This document shows positions 13,111-26,334 of a DNA stretch of 64,000 nt, in pieces. The translations under genes and the position numbers were made by a program. The stretch is from Octopus vulgaris (lineage: Eukaryota): positions 98,208,001 through 98,272,000 of the forward strand of contig OX597823.1 of assembly GCA_951406725.2 (NCBI GenBank). The letters are read 5' to 3'. The notes under the pieces were generated by a model. That model had not been told where the DNA came from and ran no database searches. It saw only the letters and a list, made by a program, of their open reading frames with translations. Numbering within the stretch: the stretch's first letter is position 1; each line of letters starts with the position of its first letter.

Positions 13111-13728
13111 ATACATACATGGTGGCTGCCCCCTCGTTATCGAGTAGCCATTGCACGAAGCTTAATCAATGCTGTTATTGTGCAATGCCTGTGCAAGAAG
13201 ATTTTTTTTTAAAGTGAGGAAAGGCTGTGCACTGAGTCAATCCCACTCACTAAGCAACAGTAGCCATAATCCGAAAAGAAGAACAAGTCAACATCATCGG
13301 TAACCACTGAGCCGCAGGTTTTAAGTCGGAGTTATCCCAGTTACCTGAGTTACCTTCTCCTAGAAGGATGCCCTAACAAAGTCTAGGAGTCCTTCACTCA
13401 CAATGGTTTAACCGCGCGATCGGGTATTCAGTTCGATTATTTCTATGTCCCCGCGCATGATACAGCCTTAAGACATTTATTGGATGGCCGTTGACTCTCA
13501 AGAGTTCCTCTGCCATTTGACAGGTTTTGCTTTTCATCCCGCAGGATGCCCAATAAACACCCTCCTCACCAAGCTAGCTTGTATACATACATACATACAT
13601 ACATACATACATACATACATACATACATACATACATACATACATGCATACATACATACATACATACATACATACATACATACATACATACGTACATGCAT
13701 GCATGCATGCATGCATACATACATACAT

Positions 13729-13785
<57 letters not shown>

Positions 13786-14171
13786 AGAGGAAAAATTATA
13801 ATAAGGCAGAATGCTAAATTGAAAGTAAAGTTTAATAAAAATGGGTGTATGGAAAATTAAAAAAGAAAAAAATAATAAATCAAAACGGTTTTCATTGCTA
13901 GGCAAATTTTCAAGATTTGGAAGGGGAAAATAATTTTTTTTTTAAATTGAGGAAGGGGAAAAAAGAAATATACGTTTTTTTTTCAAAAAAAAAAAAGAAT
14001 AATACATATATACAAAAATTAATCAGTAAGTATACCAATACATTGTAGAGTCTTTATGCTTTTAGAGTTCAATAATAGTCCTTGGAAAAATTTCTTTGGA
14101 GGATTAAGATATATATATATGCATATACATGCGTGCGCATACTCACACACACACAGAATGAAATAATTTGA

Positions 14172-14420
14172 GAGCAGAGCAGAACGATGTGATTGCAGAG
14201 TACCGAAAGCACGAGTTCCGCTGGGCCAGACATTTCGCAAGATTCACAGACAACAGGCGGACCTGTGCAGTCGCCGAGTCGGACCCAAAGGATAAGAAAA
14301 CGCCGCATGGAAGGCCTCCACGGCGATGAGAAAACGATTCAAGAAAGCAATTTGGTTCAAGATGGTAAAGAACAGTGCAATCGAGACAGAACTGGAAGCG
14401 CACTTTGACCAGCGGTGTCT
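14172..14420 (+). mobile_element. RTE-clade LINE 3' fragment
   Basis: Translates QNDVIAEYRKHEFRWARHFARFTDNRRTCAVAESDPKDKKTPHGRPPRR*, the RTE C-terminal RW.GH..R...RP.GRP..RW signature. Confidence 0.7.
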
Positions 14421-14901
14421 AACAGCACCTGTACAATTGGTGAATACTGTAATATACAAGCAAAGGTAGATACCGTCCAGTTAGGTTCAGACAGGCAATG
14501 ACCGTTCAGACTGAACTTATAAAAATATTAAGTGATCAATAAAAACAAGACAAATGATTTCCAATTTGTTATAAGATTGTTAATTTAATGCATAATATTT
14601 AGTGTATAATTCAGCAAATGGCGACAGTGTTGCTGTTCGGCACAATGTGTGCGGCCTTTCAATTTCAATGTATATATACTAACACATTACACTTTTAATC
14701 CCACGTGGCGTGAGTTCAGCTCTTAGAATACATTAAATATATTTGAAATGGACACGAATTAAACTACTCCTGTTATGTGTCACCATAAAGTGAAAGCTTC
14801 GTGCGTGTGTCTGTTACCTTTAATGATTGAACCAATTTTAAGAGACATTATATCCTATGCGAGCATATGAAATAGTAATAACGTATGTATTTATTAACGT
14901 A

Positions 14902-15600
<699 letters not shown>

Positions 15601-15696
15601 GATTGATTGATTGATTGATTGATTGATTCTAGTTTCAGCCTATGAGCTGTGGCCATGCTGGGGCACCGCCATTTGGTGTTGCTACTTGGTTTCACT

Positions 15697-18600
15697 TCAT
15701 GGAGGCTTTCTAGCAACTGCTATTTGGTGCATGAGAGAGTTCGATGCAGCTGCCCTCATCTGCCCCTCCTGCCGTGAAGTTGGTTCATCTGGGACACCTG
15801 ACAGGAAGAGATCCAGCTTCATTTTAAAGACATCTGTATCCACCCCATGCAGGTCTCTCAGGTTCTTCGGGAGGATATTGAAGAGCTGTGGGCCTCGGAA
15901 GCCCAGGCTATCACAGAATCTTGTCCTACATCTTGATGGCAGGTTTGGAGTCCTAGGCACCACGCAGTGGCGCCCAGTTCTGGCATTTGCGTAACTCTCG
16001 ATGCCAAAGTTCAGGACACTTCCCTCCAGGATCTTCCAGATGTATATTATGGCATATCTTTCCCGCCTACGCTCCAGGGAATATAATTTTAATCTCTTGA
16101 GTCTTTCCCAGTAGCTTACATTCTGCATAGAGGCTATCTTCTTTGTGTAGCTTCGTTGGATCGCCTCAAGTTCTGTGATCAACTTGACACTGGATGGTGA
16201 CCATAGCTGAGAGCAATAGTCAAAGTGGCTTAGGACAAGTGTCTTCCAGAGGACCATCATGGTTTCTTGTTCTCTTGTTCTAAAGGTTCTAAGAATCCAG
16301 CCAGCCAGCCGTCTACATTTCATTGTCAGTTTAGCAACATGTACATGAAAGGTCGCGTCATCACTCATGTGAATACCCAGGTCACGCACTGATTGTGCCT
16401 CTGGGATTGCAATCCCTCCGGGTCCAGTGTATTCATTGGGTATTGCATTCAGTTTTGCATGCTGATAGTATAAAGCTTGAAACTTTCCAGCATTGAACTG
16501 CATGCTATTGTTTTTAGCCCACTTGTATATTTCGTCCAGCTCACATTGCAGGTGTTTAGTGTCCTCAGGGTTCTGTATTGCCTGTGAAACTTTTGTATCG
16601 TCTGCATAACTTGTGATCGTGGCTCTCTGCGTGGCTGAGGGCATGTCTGAGAGGGCCATTATGAACAGTAGTGGTCCCAGAACAGTGCCCTGCGGAACAC
16701 CGCTCACTATTTGTGTGTTAATGGAGGTGGCCCCATTGGCTACTACCACCTGACTTCTATCCTTCAGAAAGTCATGAAGCCATTCTCCCAGTTTTCCAAC
16801 TATGTTGAGATCACGCAGTTTGTGACATATCATTCCGTGATCGACTTTATCAAAGGCCTTTGCAAAGTCGAGATATATCACTTCCACATTTGAGTGGTTG
16901 AGCAGCCGTTTCAGCACCCAGTCATAGTGTTGTAGGAGCTGAGTTAAACAGCTTCTCCATGGTCGGAAACCATGTTGGGTGTCGGGCAGCAAGTCATTCT
17001 CTTCAAGGAAGGTGATCAGCTTCCTTCTGACTATTCGTTCCATGACCTTGCTGATGTGTGAGGTCAGAGAGATAGGTCTATAGTTCTTGGCTTCCGCTCT
17101 GCTACCTCCTTTATGAATGGGGCATATTTTACCTTCCTTCAGTTTTCCTGGAAGTTTGCCAGCTGCAAGGAAGCTCTGAAAGAGGAACTGCAGTGGTCTT
17201 GCTAGGACTCTCTTACATGCTTTTAGGAGGATTGCCGGGAATCCATCGGGGCCAGTAGCTGAGTCTGTTTTCATTTCATCTATAGCCTTGGTTACATCGT
17301 CTTCCTTTATATCGATGTAATCTATCGTCGCCGCCTCTGATTTTATATCTGCAGTGGTAAAAAAGTCAGTTGGATTGGTGATTTGGAGATGCCCAAGGGG
17401 TGGAGTGAAAACACTTTTGAATTACTCATTCAGTATTTCACTTACCCTCATTGGTTTTCCTGTAAGTGTGCCATCCTTTTCGAGGAGTGGCCCTATTCTA
17501 CAGTGCACTGTAGCTGTTTCTTTGGCATACCTGTAGAAAGCTCTGGGGTTAGATTTTATGTTTTCTATAGCCCAGGCTTCTTTGTCTGCTCTTTCTTTTT
17601 CATGGGAGAGTTGCAGACATTTTTCGATTTCCAACAGTTTTATTTTTAGGCGGGACTTTTTACTGCTTTCAATCTGTTTGTTTAGGCGATTTGAAAATTT
17701 CGTACGCCGTCTCATTAAAATTTTCCTCTCTCTGGGGATTTTGTTCTTGTGTACAGTGGCCTTTCTCTCTGGGACACATTTGTAGCATATGGCTTGCATT
17801 ACAGACATGAATTGTTGAAGTTTCACGTCGATGTCTGGCGAGGAGAGACATTTAGGCCAGTTTTGTTTGAGGATCTCTTTCTCAATTTGTTTCCAGTTTG
17901 CCTTATGGTAGTTCAAGCTGGAAAGATTTTGAGGGTTTCTTGTAGGCTGCATGTCCGTGCTCTCTTTTGGCCCGTACATGGTCAGCTCTATCATGTTGTG
18001 ATCCGAGAGTAGTGTCGGTGTCACTTTCACATTATGGATGAGATCCATGTCATTTGTGAAGCAGAGATCCAGTGTGTTACCTGCCCTGGTTGGTTGGAGT
18101 ATTACCTGCTCCATGTACAGGGTGTTGATGAGGTTCAGGAGGGACCTCGCCTGTCCTCGTTCACATCTTGTCATTCCTGGGAGAGAAAGGCCCTCGGGCC
18201 ATCTGACATTGGGCAGATTGAAGTCTCCCATAAGAAGCACACCTATGTGTTGTTCTAATGTGGTTAGAATTTCTTCTATTTTTATAAGGCAGTCTTCAAA
18301 CTTGCCCACATGGCTTGGGGCATCTGGAGGGCGATATGTAGCACACACAACTACATCAAGTTGCTTAATATGTACAATTAGTGTGTCACACACCGAGTTT
18401 GAGTATGACAAGAGGACCTGGGGTGTGAGGTCCTCACGGATGTACATAGCAACACCTCCATGACTCCTTTCTTTCCTGTCGGTCCGTTGTACAGCATACT
18501 GTGGTATGTGTAACTCCGCATCTGCTATGTCCGGTTTCAGGTGCGTTTCTGTAAGTGCTATGCATATGGCTTGATTGCATGCAACAAAGTCTCTCAGGAA

Positions 18601-18801
18601 CGGGATCTTTGTCCTTTTACTGAGTGTTTGCAGTCCTCTGATGTTCAGTAGGAGTATCGAGGTGAGGTGTACGTTGTTGCCGGCGGTGTCCATCCTGTGT
18701 CTGTTTGCTGTGGTGGTCTGGTATATAGTGGGTAGTCCCACCTGCGGGCTTGGGTTTGATGAAGCCAGGTCAGCTGCTGTACAATCTTTTGTGCCATGCA
18801 C
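15697..18801 (-). pseudogene. LINE ORF2 (APE endonuclease + reverse transcriptase), one premature stop at 17422-17424
   Basis: APE motifs LNIRGL, LTETHL, GGVAMY, YRPP, GDFNLP, TLDL, SDH. RT motifs NYRPISLTS, QHGFR, YLDFAKAFDKV, SGVPQGTVLGP, YADD. The two ORFs share a frame, separated only by TAA in ILNE*FKSVFT. Confidence 0.93.
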
Positions 18802-19555
18802 AAAAAAGATTGTTGCTCAGCAGCTGCTCTTTCGACAACATCATGTTGGCTGTTTGTGGCGCGCACAACATCTGCGTACCTCCGCTTTGGGGCAGGTGGT
18901 GCGTGGTCCATCCCTTTTCTTTGTGTTGATGGTTTGTCCATCTGCCTCGTGTCTCTGTGGCAGGGTCCCCGATGTGCAAAGCGGCAGCCTGCACCTTCCT
19001 TTCCATGCCAGCAGGAACCTCTCAGGTAGAACATACACACCCGTGTGCGCTGTTTGGTTCCATCCTTTGCGGTTCCACTTCTATTTCTGGTTGTTTCACT
19101 CTTGGTCCTGCTTGAGCTTTTTCTTTTCCTTTAGCTCTTCCAGTCCTTCTTTTAGTTCTTCTTCCTCCCTCTACCTCTTCACCGGGTTCTCCGTCTCCAT
19201 GGCCCTTGCTGCCGGTTGGAGAACTTGCACCTGGGTTCACTTCCCGGGCAGGTTTCTCATTCAAAACCTCCTCCCGGGCGTCCACCAAGTGGGGGTGACT
19301 TCTTTCATCGTCTCCATTCTTGCCATCTTTGCCCCGCTCGTTCTCAAAGATGGCATCAAGTGCGCCAATGTGCGACCGTACAAGCGCATATGAGCGCACG
19401 AATTCCTGTCTCTTTCGCTCCATCTGAGCCGCCGTCCTCTTGTAGCCTCTGCTCTTCAGCGCAGCCGCAATCACCTCGCTAGGGCTATCTCCGCCGGCGC
19501 ACTCCCATGCTCGTACGAATAAATCCAGCTCGTCACGTCTCCATGCTCTGGACAT
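18645..19555 (-). pseudogene. LINE ORF1 (Myb/SANT-like N-terminus, charged linker, CCCH zinc finger), frameshifted
   Basis: WRRDELDLFVRAWE...IAAALKSRGYKRTAAQMERK (trihelix/Myb-like) in ORF 19022-19555; CMFYLRGSCWHGKEGAGCRFAH in ORF 18645-19040. Confidence 0.7.
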
Positions 19556-19599
19556 GCTGGATAATCCGTCTATCCGTTTATCTATCTAATTATGTTCGA

Positions 19600-20985
19600 G
19601 AGAAGACAGGAAGATATTAAGGCTAATTAGAAGATAGAGTACTTGAAAAAGAAATATTAACAATATTAAAGTTTGTGTAAAAACGTTATTTGGGTAAAAA
19701 CGTTATTTAATCTTAAGGCTAATTAGGGGATAGAGTATCTGAAAATGTATTAGCAATATTAATATTATATTAGAGTGTGGATAAAAACGTTGTTTAATCT
19801 TAAGGCTAATTAGGAGATAGAGTATCTGAAAATATATTAGCAATATTAATAATATATTAGAGTGTGGGTAAAAAAAAAACGTTATTTAATCTTAAGGCTA
19901 ATTTGGAGATAGAGTATCTGAAAATATATTAGCAATATTAATATTATATTAGAGTGTGGGTAATATTAAACGTTATTTAATTTAATCTTAAGGCTAATTA
20001 GAAGACAGAGTATCTGAAAAATTATATATACAATATTAAGCAATATTAACCGTTATTTAATTTAATCTTAAGGCTAATTAGACGTTATTAATATTAAACG
20101 TTATTTAATTTAATCTTAAGGCTAATTAGAAGATAGAGTATCTGAAAATGTATTAGCAATATTAATATTATATTAGAGTGTAGATAAAAACGTTATTTAA
20201 TCTTAAGGCTAATCAGGAGATAGAGTATCTGAAAATATATTAGCAATGTTAATATTATATTAGAGTGTGGGTAATATTAAACGTTATTTAATTTAATCTT
20301 AAGGCTAATTAGAAGATAGAGTATCTGAAGAATTATTAACAATATTAAAACAATATTAAACGTTATTTAATTTAATCTTAAGGCTAATTAACAATAATTA
20401 TTAACAATATTAAACAATATTAAACGTTATTTAATTTAATCCTAAGGCTAATTAACAATAATTATTAACAATATTAAACAATATTAAACGTTATTTAATT
20501 TAATCTTAAGGCTAATTAACAGTAATTATTAACAATATTAAACAATATTAAACGTTATTTAATTTAATCCTAAGGCTAATTAACAATAATTATTAACAAT
20601 ATTAAACAATATTAAACGTTATTTAATTTAATCCTAAGGCTAATTAACAATAATTATTAACAATATTAAACAATATTAAACGTTATTTAATTTAATCTTA
20701 AGGCTAATTAACAGTAATTATTAACAATATTAAACAATATTAAACGTTATTTAATTTAATCCTAAGGCTAATTAACAATAATTATTAACAATATTAAAAC
20801 AATATTAAACGTTATTTAATTTAATCTTAAGGCTAATTAACAATAATTATTAACAATATTAAACAATATTAAACGTTATTTAATTTAATCCTAAGGCTAA
20901 TTTGACGGTATCAATATTAAACGTTATTTAATTTAATCTTAAGGCTAATTAGAAGATAGAGTATCTGGAAAATTATTATATCGAT
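19600..20985. repeat. AT-rich tandem monomer array (~54-80 bp units) in the LINE 5' UTR
   Basis: About 20 recurrences of AAACGTTATTTAA(TTTAA)TC(T/C)TAAGGCTAATT with two unit types. Confidence 0.9.
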
Positions 20986-21275
20986 AATAGATATTGAAAA
21001 TGTAAACAAACAAAATGACGATCGCAACTTTAACTAAGATGTGGGCCTAAGTGAAAGATAAAATAGAATAATAAATAAAATATGAAATAGATGAAATTGA
21101 TACTTAATCCAACAATGTGGTCTGGATTATTTTTTTTGGTTTACGGGATTTTTTTCAGGAGAGATACTTCTTTTTCTTTCTTGCAGGAGATAACTTGATT
21201 CAGTTATTTTTGCACCATGTGCGTTTCGGCGAAAATGAAAATTACTGTGTATATGTATATATTTATATATATATT

Positions 21276-21360
<85 letters not shown>

Positions 21361-21404
21361 GTATTTACACACGTATTATGTATGTTAGTGTATATTAGTG
21401 TATA

Positions 21405-21800
21405 AAGGCGACGAACAGCCAGAATTGTTAGCACACCGGGCGAAATGCTTAGCGGTATTTCGTCTTCTGTTACGTTCTGAGTTAAAATCCGCCGAGGTCG
21501 ACTTTGCCTTTCATCCTTTCGGGGTTGATAAATTAAGTACCAGTTACGCACTGGGATGATGTAATCGACTTAATCCGTTTGTCTGTCCTTGTTTGTCCCC
21601 TCTGTGTTTAGCCCCTTGTGGGTAGTAAAGAAATAGGCATTTCGTCTGCCGCTACGTTCTGAGTTCAAATTCCGCCGAGGTCGACTTTGCCTTTCATCCT
21701 TTAGGGGTCGATAAATTAAGTACCAGTTGAGTACTGGGGTCGATCTAATCGACTAGCTCCCCTTCCCCAAAATTTCAGGCCTTGTGCCTTTTGTAGATAG
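21405..21800 (+). mobile_element. SINE family A, tandem/dimeric copy
   Basis: A full copy followed by a second copy that lacks the 5' head and has an alternative tail. Confidence 0.85.
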
Positions 21801-21967
21801 GAATGTGTATGTTAGTGTATGCGTGTATATGAGTTTATATGTATAAGTGTAGTTTATCTGATTATAGATACAAGTATCATGATGTATATTTAATAGTATT
21901 CATAAATTGGTTATTAGTGACAAAAACATCATTAGTACAAATTAACACTCTGTATATCATACTTGAA

Positions 21968-22003
<36 letters not shown>

Positions 22004-22245
22004 TGCTGAAAGCCTTCTAAACTTCGATATTCCTCTCGAGAAAACATCTTTTATTAGATGCATTGCGTTAAAAACAAAGTGACATAGCAGCAGCAGGGGA
22101 AAATCTCCTAAAAGCAATACCGCAGTTTAGAAGTCTTTCAACAGTATAAAGGCTTTAATTACGTTATACAGATCGCTATAGCGTGTATGTTTGTATACAT
22201 GCATGCGTCGGTGCAAACCACTTAACTTTTTTTTATCCTCTAATC

Positions 22246-23329
22246 TAGGCGTCGGCAACATAAACCAGGCCGCGGGCCACTGGGCCACGTCTAGGCCTCC
22301 TCGCGGGCCGCACACCCCTCCCAACCCGAAAAAATAATAAACACACAAAATCGATGATAATAAATGTAAATTGAACCTTTATTAAGACTTGCAGTAATCA
22401 AAATGTGAAACGATTAATGTGAAGGCTGGCGATTCTTTGAAACAGATAGAGAGTCAATGTCCGGCTTGATGAACGAGGAGAACGTCTTGAAGATGAGCAT
22501 CTGTAAGCTGTGCTCTCGTCTTGTTCTTTGTCAGCTGCTCGCAAGAGTATGTGGAACAAGGCCTCCCGAACAAGAGCCGGGAAAGCACGGGAGGCGAGCG
22601 TCAGAACTCCATGGGCGACACACGCGCAAACTTTGCGCGGTGGTTCTCTGAGCACTGGAGCTCAATGAGCTCAAGCTGAAGGTTATCGGCCACTTCCACA
22701 GAATCCACATCAAAGGGAGCGGAGAATAGCTTGAGCTCCTTCTCACAGGCACGCACATCTTTGAAGCGCCTCTCGGACTCGCCTCGCAGCTCAGCGGCGT
22801 AGCAACGGGAGGCAGCAGGGGTCGGGCGCAGCTCAGCCAAGCGGACGAAATAAGTAAATATCCTCTGGTTGAACTGATGCTCCCACAGGCGAAGTTTGCA
22901 TTCGAATGCCTTTACGTGGGCGAGGAGGTCAGGTACTAAGACGTCTTTACCCTACAGCTTGATGTTCATTTCGTTTAGATGTCCAGTAATGTTTACCAGG
23001 AACCCGTGGTCACACACCCACGCGGGATCCTCGAACTGAGGGACAGCAATGTCCTTCTCTCGCAGGAAAGACGCCAGTTCATCCTTCAGATTGAAAACTC
23101 TCTCCAACATCTTTTCTCCAAAGTTATGTTTATTCAGTGTCAATATCATGAAAGTAGGACACTGTTCTGGCTGGGGAGAAGACGGCCGCTGATTTGCTCT
23201 GTTAAATTTGCCGTTGGTTCAAAATACCCCACCGGATCGCGGAAAATGTCTCGTGGGCCGCACCTAATGGAAATCCAGACAAAGCCCCGGAGGCTGCACG
23301 GGAGGAGCTCGCGGGCCGCATTTGGTGGG
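22246..23329 (-). mobile_element. Decayed hAT (Buster/SPIN-like) transposon
   Basis: TAGGCGTCGGCAAC TIR-like end and GCGGGCC subterminal repeats. Transposase pieces KMLERVFNLKDEL..FL..W..D.GFL..ITGHLNEMN.KL.GK and LFSAPF..LQLELIELQC..STYSCEQL. Confidence 0.85.
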
Positions 23330-23460
23330 TCTAATCTATTATATAAATGATAATGTATGTGTGCGTGTATGTGTGTTATAGCCCCGAAAGGCTCTAGAAC
23401 AGTGCGCCCTCGAGAAAAACGGATTTGCGTTCCAAAGAGGTTTTTGGCAAATAATAATAA
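23330..23460 (+). mobile_element. Possible Helitron-type non-autonomous 5' end
   Basis: Starts TCTAATCTATTATATAAATG followed by a (TG)-rich tract, a layout typical of DINE/HINE-like elements. Confidence 0.35.
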
Positions 23461-23547
23461 AAAAAAATATAATTTGATTGAGAATCACTAAATTTCTTTC
23501 TTTCTATTTGTCATATCTGTCTACTTATCTTTTTTATATTTTCCCTC

Positions 23548-23625
<78 letters not shown>

Positions 23626-23752
23626 ATATATATATATATGTATGTATGTATGTATGTACATATGTATGTATGTATGTATATATATATATATGTATGTATG
23701 CATGTATGTATGTATGTATGTATATATATATATATGTATGTATGCATGTATG

Positions 23753-23813
<61 letters not shown>

Positions 23814-23821
23814 ATACATAT

Positions 23822-24125
23822 ACTAGCACTATGACCCGGCGTTGCCGGGTCATAGTGCTAGTGCATGCAAATGCAGCTGCGTGCGTGCGCACATACACGC
23901 GAGTACTGTCCAAATCTCCGACCAGTCACATACAGCTAGCTGGCATTCAATTGGCGTATCAAGTTTCGGGCATTTTGATTGGGTTTTGGATAGAAAATTC
24001 ACAAAAAAGTCACTTCTATTGATTTTTTAATGACTTTGCGGTGTGACTGGGGAAATGTAAAGATGTGCACGACCACCCTTGGACGGTTTTGAATGACCAT
24101 AGAAAGTGCGAGGCCTCTAACTGAA
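23822..24125 (-). mobile_element. Non-autonomous Helitron-like element, 3' end
   Basis: On the minus strand it ends in CCCGGCAACGCCGGGT...GCTAGT (hairpin + CTAG terminus). Confidence 0.55.
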
Positions 24126-24194
24126 ATATATATATATATTTCTTGATATGACATTTAACTGCTTTCATTCTAGATTTAGTTGCTACTTCTACGC

Positions 24195-24475
24195 ATTGAG
24201 CGGTCACCGCTCTGGAACTACGGACATGTGATTAGAATGCTGCAGGAAAGAATCGTCAAAGAGATTCCTGAAGCCGAGCCAACTGGCAGGAGACCAAGGA
24301 GTAAACCAAAAACGTGATGATATTCCTAGTCTCAGTTCGTCCCGCTTGAGAATCGAGTCAGAAAGTGTAATGATGGTTGCCTCTGACAGAACTCTTTAAA
24401 GGAGGTGGCTAAGGACTCTCTTCCCACGACACCCCAGGGATAGTGGACAAGGAAGATAGCTGGATGGGTGGATAC
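24195..24475 (+). mobile_element. RTE-clade LINE 3' end
   Basis: IERSPLWNYGHVIRMLQER...PTGRRPRSKPKT; ends in a GGAT-type tail. Confidence 0.7.
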
Positions 24476-24542
24476 ATACATACAAACACACATAATACTA
24501 TTTCTCTCTCTCTCACAAACACACACACACACACACATTTAC

Positions 24543-24592
<50 letters not shown>

Positions 24593-24594
<2 letters not shown>

Positions 24595-24993
24595 GCGCAG
24601 GAGTGGCTGTGTGGTAAGTAGCTTGCTTACCAACTACATGGTTCCGGGTTCAGTCACACTGCGTGGCACCTTGGGCAAATGTCTTCTATAGCTTCGGGCC
24701 GGCCAAAGTGGATTTGGTAGACGGAAACTGAAAGAAGCCTGTCGTATATATGTATATGTATATATATATATATGTGTGTGTGTGCGTGTTTGTATGTCTG
24801 TGTTTGTCCCCCCAAACATCGCTTGACAACCGATGCTGGTGTGTTTGCGTCCCCGTAACTTAGCGGTTCTTCCAAAGAGACCGATAGAATAAATACTAGG
24901 CTTATAAAGAATGAGTCCTGGGGTCGATTTGCTCGACAAAAGGCGGTGCTCCAGCATGGCCGCAGTCAAATGACTGCAACAAGTAAAAGAGTA
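24593..24993 (+). mobile_element. tRNA-derived SINE family B (~400 bp; Octopus OK/OR1-like), full length
   Basis: AGGCGCAGGAGTGGCTGTGTGGTAAG...GGGTTCAGTC head, internal (TA)/(TG) tract, CR1-like tail GGCGGTGCTCCAGCATGGCCGCAG. Confidence 0.9.
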
Positions 24994-25681
24994 CACACAC
25001 ATACATATGTATATATACACACATACATATCTATCTATCTGTATGTCTGTCTCACACTCCCTTACATGCAATGCTTTATACAGAACTTACTGACTGTCAT
25101 ACTTCACTCGTACTTTATATCATTCACTTCTTAACGAAGAACTTACGTAAAGGAACGTAACTAAATACCACAAGATTGCAACGATTATGCAGCCATGTTA
25201 GAACGGACACACCTATGATATAAGGCTTTCTAGCTGTGATCACTCCGTTTTCGTATATTCAAGACTAAATTGCCTGGTCTAATGCATCATTCGTGTTTAA
25301 AGGCGAAAGAGTGGTGTGATTGATTTGAGGAGATGAATGTTCACTGTTTCTAGCAGTTTGGTCCACATCGGATAGAATCCTTGGTGCGATGAGACTCAGT
25401 ACTAGCAATGGTGGTACTTTCAATTTGGCATATAAAGCTATATTTACAGCTACTTACAAAGCTGTCACACACACAGACACACATACACACACGCATACAA
25501 TAAGTGTTGTGTGTGTGTCTATAGAGGTTCAGATATAAATACACTCTGAGATAAAAATACATTCAGTCTCACCCGCGCGTGTCACCTAAAGACATGGTAT
25601 ACCCCTGGAGGTCAGCTATCATAGAGGGTGTCAATTCATTCTAGATTAAGTTGAGGCAGAGTATACACATTTAATATTTTT

Positions 25682-25914
25682 AAGGCGGCGAGCTGGCAGA
25701 AACGTTAGCACGCCGGGCGAAATGCGTTGCCGTATTTCGTCTGCCGTTACGTTCGAAGTTCAAATTCCACTGAGGTCGACTTTGCCTTTTATCCTTTCGG
25801 GGTCGATAAATTAAGTACCAGTTACGCACTGGGGTCGATGTAATCGACTTAATCCGTTTGTCTGTCCTTGTTTGTCCCCTCTGTGTTTAGCCCTTTGTGG
25901 GTAGTAAAGAAATA
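25682..25914 (+). mobile_element. SINE family A
   Basis: Full-length copy with a 20-bp TSD, TATACACATTTAATATTTTT. Confidence 0.93.
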
Positions 25915-26334
25915 TATACACATTTAATATTTTTTTCCTGCACGTTATAAAGGTCTTAGTGTTTCAAGTCGTTAGTAGCTATGTAAAGCACTATTTTACC
26001 CTTCTTGAAACGGCATAATTAAACATTTTATGAAATCAAAAGGTAATTTACTTAATTTGGCGCGCTTCTAAGAAACGTTACTATTTCCATTTCCCCACAT
26101 TTCCAAGTAAATAGAAAGTCACCCGTTAATTCATATTTCTCATAAGAGAAACTTAAAAATGACTAGAATCAAATAAGCGATGTGACGTATGGTTGTTGAT
26201 TAGCCTCATTCAAGCTTAGCTCAAAGAGCCAATCAAAGTCTGGAGGCGTTTCAGATAAGGGGTTCCATACCTCAAAGAAAGGGAAATTTATTTTTAGCAT
26301 TCCTGTATTTCATACAACGGAAATTGCAATTGTC

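Larger units (their letters stand above)
15601..21115 (-). mobile_element. Near full-length CR1-type LINE with (AATC)n tail and tandem-repeat 5' UTR
   Basis: ORF1 plus APE-RT ORF2, a short 3' UTR and a (GATT)n tail at 15601-15628. The 5' boundary is approximate. Confidence 0.92.

Noticed and set aside
13120-13580. GC-richer block that may be a LINE/SINE remnant
   Set aside because: No second copy in the window and no identifiable motif.
18575-19393. 272-aa plus-strand ORF antisense to LINE ORF1/ORF2
   Set aside because: No recognisable motif; probably a shadow of the GC-rich coding strand.
19600-20985. Regularly spaced repeats resembling a CRISPR array
   Set aside because: The intervening sequences are themselves repeated, the context is eukaryotic and there are no cas genes.
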